A stretch of 64,000 nucleotides of DNA. Origin: an uncultured virus (IMG/VR IMGVR_UViG_3300009151_004315). Lineage: Duplodnaviria; Heunggongvirae; Uroviricota; Caudoviricetes. The position numbers were made by a program, and so were the translations under genes. The notes beneath the pieces are model-generated. The model did not search any database. It was not told where the DNA came from and was given only the letters and a program-made list of their open reading frames with translations. The stretch covers positions 1-64,000 of IMG/VR virus record IMGVR_UViG_3300009151_004315. The stretch is one strand, 5' to 3'. Shown here in pieces: positions 58,462-64,000 of this stretch; position 1 is the stretch's first letter; every line of letters begins with the position of its first letter.

Positions 58462-59252
58462 TTTAATCCTAAATTTTTCCTAATTTTAGTTGCACTGATA
58501 TTATGTGTAGCATCATCAAATATTTCTTGCTCAATCTTATAACCAACATCACGACCGTATGTAATATTCACAATGTTTGGTACAATTTGAATTTCGTATT
58601 GACCTTGATATAACATATCTAAGTCACGTTTAATAAAACTTTTAACTTGTTCGATGGCAAATGGATTACTTCCTTGCCAACCTTGACAGTCACGTATTTG
58701 TATAACTACTTGCCCAGTCTTAGCAATAGCCCGTTCAAACAACTTACGATGTCCTTCATGCCATGGTTGCCAACGACCTAGCATCTGTACTGTTTCTTTC
58801 TGCTAATCAAACACTGGTCTGCGTCTATTATCTAATATGTGTGCGGCAATAAACTCACCCCACTTTTCACCTTTTTGTTCAGTAATTCTAAAGTCATATA
58901 CTTCTGGTGGGATAAATGCTTTGTTAGTATCGTCAAATCTACCTTTATCAATAGTATCAACCCATACAGTCCAATCTGCTTTAAAGTTATTACGCATTTC
59001 AACTAATGGTGCAACAAAGTCACATATAACATAATCACATTCAATCATATTATCTGCTAGTTCACGCATACGTAAACTTTGACGAACACGACCTTCTGTG
59101 CTAAAGTCCCAATCGTTATACTTTTTTCGTACATCGTCAGCATTTAGCCAACCTACTTTTTTCTTATCCGCTTGTAGGTGCTCTACAATATGTTGTGCTA
59201 TATAAGTTTTACCTGCGCCAGGCAGGCCCATTACTAATATTCTTTTAGGCAT
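58458..59252 (-). pseudogene. Adenylylsulfate-kinase-like / cytidylyltransferase-like fusion interrupted by one in-frame TAG (58803-58805)
   Basis: GLPGAGKT and LNADDVR (CysC-like) are in frame with LGRWQPWHEGH (HxGH); junction reads PVFD*QKETVQM. Confidence 0.8.
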
Positions 59253-59712
59253 TTTTGTTTTTCTCCGCTTCTGCTACACGTTTGCGTAGACTTGAACTGC
59301 TAAAACTATGGTCACGTTTGTTAAATATAACCTGTACACCACGGCCTGCACCCTCATTACGTCCGGTAAAATTCTTATCCTCATACTCTGTACCCAAAAT
59401 ACGAACATCTAACGGTAGAATCAATAACAAGTCAATTAAGTCTTGTTCAGTTTGATATACCACTACTTCATCAACATAGCGACAAGCCGCAAGTTGAATC
59501 TGTCGTTCTACAATACTTTGAATAGGTTTATTCTTAGTATCAGGTCTATCAATGGTTGGATCGGTTTGTAGCCCACAAATCAAGTAATCACAATGATTTT
59601 TTGCTTCACTTAACATAGCAACGTGACCTGCATGAAGCATATCAAATGTGCTAAAAGTAATACCAATCTTTTTACCCTGTGCTTTTAATTCTTTAATATG
59701 ATTGAAAATCAT
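59245..59712 (-). CDS. Glycerol-3-phosphate cytidylyltransferase-like (TagD family)
   Basis: FSTFDMLHAGH, KNKP and RDHSFSSSSLR. Confidence 0.85.
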   Translation of the reverse strand: MIFNHIKELKAQGKKIGITFSTFDMLHAGHVAMLSEAKNHCDYLICGLQTDPTIDRPDTKNKPIQSIVERQIQLAACRYVDEVVVYQTEQDLIDLLLILPLDVRILGTEYEDKNFTGRNEGAGRGVQVIFNKRDHSFSSSSLRKRVAEAEKNKNA

Positions 59713-59954
59713 TTTGAAAGTGTTCTCCACATTTTAGTTTGTTCATGTTCTTTTAAGAATTCATCCTCACCCGTAAATGTAGGTGCATCATTCATAATCT
59801 CATCCAATAACCATTTCAATTTATGTAAATCTTTTTTGATTTCAAATGTAGTAAATCCATCGTTATACGGACTGTGAAGTTCTACACCTGCAATGTAGAT
59901 TTGATGATGTACACTATTATAATCCATTGGTTTTTTAAATCCCATTATTTGCAA
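59709..59954 (-). CDS. Hypothetical protein
   Basis: ORF track. Confidence 0.6.
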   Translation of the reverse strand: MQIMGFKKPMDYNSVHHQIYIAGVELHSPYNDGFTTFEIKKDLHKLKWLLDEIMNDAPTFTGEDEFLKEHEQTKMWRTLSK

Positions 59955-60625
59955 CCTTTATTTGCAATCTGCAAAAACTCTTGTCTTGCGGCTGGATCTG
60001 TTTTGAATCCACCACCTAGACGGCAGGTAGTTGTACTTGAACCAGTATCTTCTACACCTCGGGCCGCAACACAATAATGCCTGGCATCAATCATTACAGC
60101 TACATCTTCTGTTTCTAGTATATAACATAGTGAATGAAAAATTTGTTCAGTTAATCGTTCTTGTATTTGCGGGCGCTTACTGAAATATTCTACTATACGG
60201 TTGATTTTACTAAGGCCTAGTACCTTATCCTTTGGTACATAAGCAACGGTAGCCAAACCCGCAATAGTAATAAAATGATGTTCACATGAACTTTGTACAT
60301 TGACATTGCGTTCAACAACCATTTCATTATATTTCATTTTATTTTCTACAGTAGTACATTTTGGAAATGCTTCATAATCTAGTCCGTAGAAAATTTCATT
60401 TACATACATCTTAGCAACACGCTTGGGTGTCTCAATTAGACTATCATCAGATAAATCTAAACCAAGATATTGCATAATAATAGTGAAGTGTTCTTCAATA
60501 CGATCAATCTTATCTTTTCTGTCTAAGTTGTTTGGCAATGTAGGAGTCTCAACTCCCATTTTGACTAAGTGCTGATGCACTTGTTGACCCAACTCTGGAT
60601 CTGTTTTTGTTTTATTATAACTCAT
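59945..60625 (-). CDS. folE: GTP cyclohydrolase I
   Basis: [29 protein letters not shown] and HYCVAARG; start at 60625. Confidence 0.95.
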   Translation of the reverse strand: MSYNKTKTDPELGQQVHQHLVKMGVETPTLPNNLDRKDKIDRIEEHFTIIMQYLGLDLSDDSLIETPKRVAKMYVNEIFYGLDYEAFPKCTTVENKMKYNEMVVERNVNVQSSCEHHFITIAGLATVAYVPKDKVLGLSKINRIVEYFSKRPQIQERLTEQIFHSLCYILETEDVAVMIDARHYCVAARGVEDTGSSTTTCRLGGGFKTDPAARQEFLQIANKGCK

Positions 60626-60691
60626 AGATAACCTTCCTTTGTGATGGTTTTGTTTTGATATTGTGTTACCATTGTGTAACACAAGTATTTA

Positions 60692-60904
60692 TCACTTTGT
60701 TTTAGCAACTGATTTTTTTGATTTAGCCTTAACTGCAGGCTTCATATTAGCTAATTCTACACTAGCACAAGCTTCACGCACCTCATTAACTAATGCGTCC
60801 CAATCCCATTTTAATTCAGTACGACCATCAGGAAAAGTAGTCACAGTTAAGTGACTACCTTTAACTACTGTTGGTTCTGCAGGTTGAATTTTCTTGCGAG
60901 CCAT
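60692..60904 (-). CDS. Hypothetical protein
   Basis: ORF track. Confidence 0.55.
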   Translation of the reverse strand: MARKKIQPAEPTVVKGSHLTVTTFPDGRTELKWDWDALVNEVREACASVELANMKPAVKAKSKKSVAKTK

Positions 60905-60906
60905 GG

Positions 60907-61101
60907 TTAAGCCTTAGCTTTTGCTTCTGCTCTTGCGGCTTTTTCTGCTGTAATTTCATTACGGCGAGCCTTAACTGCTTTAGCTAGTTCTGCTAATGCT
61001 TTACGTGCCCTAGTACCGGCGGCTGCATTACCCTTGTTAAATTTATCGTTCTCAGCATTGTATGCTTCTAAACTATTTTCAATATCATTTTGTGCGCTCA
61101 T
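60907..61101 (-). CDS. Histone H1-like nucleoid protein (Hc1 family)
   Basis: KFNKGNAAAGTRARKAL...RNEI; AGGAG SD before ATG at 61101. Confidence 0.75.
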   Translation of the reverse strand: MSAQNDIENSLEAYNAENDKFNKGNAAAGTRARKALAELAKAVKARRNEITAEKAARAEAKAKA

Positions 61102-61111
61102 AATTTTCTCC

Positions 61112-62311
61112 TTAATATTTTGCTTCACGGGTGTGTTTGCGATAATCACTATCCATACGCAACCATTGTTGTCCGTTACCTTCTAGGATATCACAAATTC
61201 TATCGATTGTACTGTCAGTCCAATCACTAATCTTTCCTTGATTTACATGCGGTTGATGTAACATATTATATAACTTAATTGTTGCATCTTCAACACTCCA
61301 GGGCGTATACAGTCTTGTATAGTCATTCGCAAATGTTTCTGGGAAACTGCGATATGCCGGATACAATACATTGCAACCCAAACTATCTGCTTCACTGACT
61401 GTGTTACTCACCCAGTCTTGTAATGCACAATTAAACAATACTCTTGTATCATTTAATAACTCATAGTATGCGTTCTTATCTAGGTCTTGATATACTTTTA
61501 ATAGTCCACGATTTTGCATATCTTGTGTACGTTTCATGTAACTATCGTTATTGCTTTTTAGTTTACTACCGCTGAACACACAGAATTCTACACCACGATA
61601 TACACCATGACGATCCTTCTCACCGTACCGGTTATAGAATTCTTCAATCACATCCATGTAGAAGTCAGGTTGCTTTTCTTGATCCCATCTAGCACTAAAT
61701 GCAATACGCATTGTACGTTCATTGAATGGCTTGATGACATTATTTACACGGCTACGAACTTCTTCTTTGCCAAATGCTAAGCCTGAGATATTGTAGATCG
61801 GTGCCTTCCAACCCGCAATCTTCATATGCATTACCATTTCTTCATTACTAGCAAGTACACCATCAACGAATGAATCAACCATCTTTTCATAGTGACCCAT
61901 GAACTCACTCATGCCCCATACATGTACGAAATCATCCGGATCGATTGACTGAGCAAGACAACGGACAAATATACGAGGACGGAGATTAATAGGAACTTGC
62001 TTAAGTATATAAGGAAGACTTTCAATGCCCGGCTGAAACATATCTTCAAAGTATACAATATCTTCATAACTACACTCACCTTTTTTCATCATCTTTACTA
62101 GATTCATTAATTGACTCATACCAAAGTATGTACGTCCATGAGCATCTAATACTTGTCCGGTAACAATAGCTTGGTCATCACTTAATGTTTCGCCGGGAAC
62201 GATAACATAGTTAATGCCTCTACGTTTGAATACACGTTCATTCCAGTCTTGTAACTGTAGTGTGTATCTTGCTTTGTAAGGCTCTAGGCCCATATAAAAT
62301 AACTTATGCAT
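61112..62311 (-). CDS. GT-B glycosyltransferase
   Basis: FSARWDQEKQP, ALQDWVSNTVSEA and LYPAYRSFPE. Confidence 0.75.
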   Translation of the reverse strand: MHKLFYMGLEPYKARYTLQLQDWNERVFKRRGINYVIVPGETLSDDQAIVTGQVLDAHGRTYFGMSQLMNLVKMMKKGECSYEDIVYFEDMFQPGIESLPYILKQVPINLRPRIFVRCLAQSIDPDDFVHVWGMSEFMGHYEKMVDSFVDGVLASNEEMVMHMKIAGWKAPIYNISGLAFGKEEVRSRVNNVIKPFNERTMRIAFSARWDQEKQPDFYMDVIEEFYNRYGEKDRHGVYRGVEFCVFSGSKLKSNNDSYMKRTQDMQNRGLLKVYQDLDKNAYYELLNDTRVLFNCALQDWVSNTVSEADSLGCNVLYPAYRSFPETFANDYTRLYTPWSVEDATIKLYNMLHQPHVNQGKISDWTDSTIDRICDILEGNGQQWLRMDSDYRKHTREAKY

Positions 62312-63062
62312 TTTCTCTTTCTATATCTAGTTCATCACATTCTTCACCATACTGTATTTCTACAATACGACATGGTGTATCATATGGATTACTTAGTTGA
62401 TGCCAATCACCTTGTGAAATTTTTACTTGACCAAACGTTGACAATTCAATTGGAAGTAAACTGTAACCACTTGACAATTTTGTATATAGTATACACTTAC
62501 CTTCTGTAACATGCCAAAATTCACTTCGTTTAAAATGCCGTTGCATACTTAAACTTTGACCCGGCTCTACTGTTAGTTCTTTTACTTTACATCCACTTAC
62601 ATCATGTAGTATACGATAGTATCCCCACTGACGCAATGTTTTAGGTTGTTTCCATTCACGTAGTATCCAACTACTACTGTTCTTTTTGTCATCCCCACCC
62701 ACACCAAATACAAATTCTACATCATCAAATATCATTTCGGGAATGTTATCTTTAGTTCTATCTCCCCCATTAGCAAATATAATATTTGTTTTTGGGTACA
62801 TTTCTTTGACTTTGCGAATGGCATCAATGGCGGTATCATCACTATCATCAAACTCTATTACTTTATGCACTTGATGTAAATTTTCAATGATTATTTTACG
62901 TTCTTGAATAGGCATAAAAGGTTGACCTTTTTTACGGGTCAACCATGCGTCACTATTAACTCCTACTATCAGTAAGAAACCTAAATGCTTAGCGGAATTG
63001 AAATATTCAATATGGCCACTATGCAAGGGGTCAAAGCCCCCAGTGACTAACACTATCTTCAT
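62304..63062 (-). CDS. Cytidylyltransferase fused to a cupin (mannose-6-phosphate isomerase type II C-terminal-like) domain
   Basis: TGGFDPLHSGH, FANGGDR and KKNSSS; RQWG...LSMQRH..RSEFW...VEIQYG. Confidence 0.85.
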   Translation of the reverse strand: MKIVLVTGGFDPLHSGHIEYFNSAKHLGFLLIVGVNSDAWLTRKKGQPFMPIQERKIIIENLHQVHKVIEFDDSDDTAIDAIRKVKEMYPKTNIIFANGGDRTKDNIPEMIFDDVEFVFGVGGDDKKNSSSWILREWKQPKTLRQWGYYRILHDVSGCKVKELTVEPGQSLSMQRHFKRSEFWHVTEGKCILYTKLSSGYSLLPIELSTFGQVKISQGDWHQLSNPYDTPCRIVEIQYGEECDELDIERENA

Positions 63063-63265
63063 GGACGCATATCCTCTTGCCATTGATCCTTAGCCCATTT
63101 GCCGGCAATTTGTTTTTGATGTTGACGGTATGCGAAACTCCGCATGTCATACAATGATGTTTCATCAAACTTGTACCCAAAGTCCTGACAGAATTCAAGG
63201 TACTTTTCAAGATCCTCAAAAATCTGATTGATACGTGGGTTAGGTTGATATTGTTGTTTTGCCAT
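63059..63265 (-). CDS. Hypothetical protein
   Basis: ORF track; SD present. Confidence 0.6.
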   Translation of the reverse strand: MAKQQYQPNPRINQIFEDLEKYLEFCQDFGYKFDETSLYDMRSFAYRQHQKQIAGKWAKDQWQEDMRP

Positions 63266-63276
63266 TTTTAATTCCT

Positions 63277-63732
63277 TTAAATAGCGAGTTGTTGATAAGG
63301 TTTGTTTGTGTTATAGACAATAGTAGCCCCGTTCTCATTATCTTCTGATACTTGAATAGCAATATTACGATCTGGATATCGAGTTGCAATGACTTCATAG
63401 AGGTCATCACTAATCATTTCACAACTTTTGTAATCCAACGCAAGAATGCCTTGAGAATATTGATTCTCTAACCATCTTTTAAACTGAATAAACTCAATAT
63501 CACGGTCGTTGTGAAATACTTCAATAGACACTTCAAAGTGAAAGATGTGTCTATGTGGAGTAGCTAAAAAGCTAACATCATACTCATCACCTGTTGCCAA
63601 GTTAGGGTCTGTTGCCGCCGCTGGGTATTTATGAATACCTTCTTTTTGAAAACGCACAAAAATTGTACGTAATGCATGTTGTTTGATACGTACACGTTTC
63701 TCGGTCAATGCCTGTATATGTTGTTCTTGCAT
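63277..63732 (-). CDS. Divergent QueD-like T-fold protein
   Basis: EGIH, HRHIFHF, DRDIEF, SCEM and VSEDNENG parallel the QueD HGH/DF/TxE/VxE layout. Confidence 0.55.
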   Translation of the reverse strand: MQEQHIQALTEKRVRIKQHALRTIFVRFQKEGIHKYPAAATDPNLATGDEYDVSFLATPHRHIFHFEVSIEVFHNDRDIEFIQFKRWLENQYSQGILALDYKSCEMISDDLYEVIATRYPDRNIAIQVSEDNENGATIVYNTNKPYQQLAI

Positions 63733-63733
63733 A

Positions 63734-64000
63734 TTATTCTCCTAGTACTTTTGAAATTTCATCATCACTATCTTCAATAGCTTCTTCAACTTCCGGTTCA
63801 CTATCAGTTACGTCAAACAATTGGTCAAACATTGTCATAGCATTCATTGCTTTCTTGCCACTTAAACCCTGACTACCTGACTTCATCTGCATCCAGAAGC
63901 TACTATGTGATTCTATCATATCTAGGCTCTTTTGTCTATCTTTTTGTGCAAATATCTTATCAACAATTTCACCAAAATGCTCATCATCAAACTTGCTCAT
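63734..64000 (-). CDS. C-terminal end of a gene that probably starts beyond the window
   Basis: Frame is open to the window edge; acidic tail. Identity cannot be determined from this fragment. Confidence 0.5.
   Translation of the reverse strand: MSKFDDEHFGEIVDKIFAQKDRQKSLDMIESHSSFWMQMKSGSQGLSGKKAMNAMTMFDQLFDVTDSEPEVEEAIEDSDDEISKVLGE

Noticed and set aside
58803..58805. Genome-wide TAG reassignment (alternative genetic code)
   Set aside because: Long conserved genes are uninterrupted in the standard code, and TAG acts as a normal stop elsewhere (e.g. 6141, directly before infA, and 45600).
63734..64000. Calling the edge ORF dpdA/tgt
   Set aside because: Context makes it tempting, but the 88-aa fragment contains no diagnostic catalytic motif.
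1..64000. tRNA or rRNA genes
   Set aside because: No cloverleaf or T-loop signature noticed in the short intergenic gaps; a tRNAscan-SE run would be needed to exclude them formally.

Overview
This is an AT-rich, gene-dense 64 kb segment of a large (jumbo-type) tailed dsDNA bacteriophage genome, mostly minus-strand. The DnaK, ErpA and FdxA sequences look betaproteobacterial, which hints at the host (inference). Layout: (1) 1-13 kb, tail-fibre/adhesin genes, including three beta-propeller repeat genes with hypervariable loops, plus erpA, infA and a free-standing endonuclease. (2) 13-22 kb and 37-45 kb, small early genes, including two arrays of single-gene cassettes each driven by a repeated consensus sigma70 promoter unit. 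(3) 21.6-31 kb, a proteostasis/translation block (clpP, clpS, hsp20, dnaK, rpsU, clpX) with ROSE-like thermometer hairpins before hsp20 and dnaK. (4) DNA ligase, a 5'-3' exonuclease, a nuclease-methyltransferase fusion island and uvdE. (5) 52-64 kb, a 7-deazaguanine pathway (folE, queD, queE, a second T-fold gene) interleaved with two glycosyltransferases, galE, cytidylyltransferases, an APS-kinase-like gene and a sulfotransferase-like gene. Most notable: an Endo VII-type endonuclease sits inside the 5' end of queE and appears to supply a synonymously recoded replacement N-terminus; the deazaguanine/glyco/sulfo cluster is a candidate new DNA hypermodification pathway; a preQ1-like pseudoknot lies before queD; many late-type promoters sit 4-6 nt from the ATG (apparently leaderless mRNAs); and two genes are interrupted (one in-frame TAG, one -1 frameshift). 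No tRNA, rRNA or CRISPR array was recognised. All product calls come from motif recognition by eye, not database searches.
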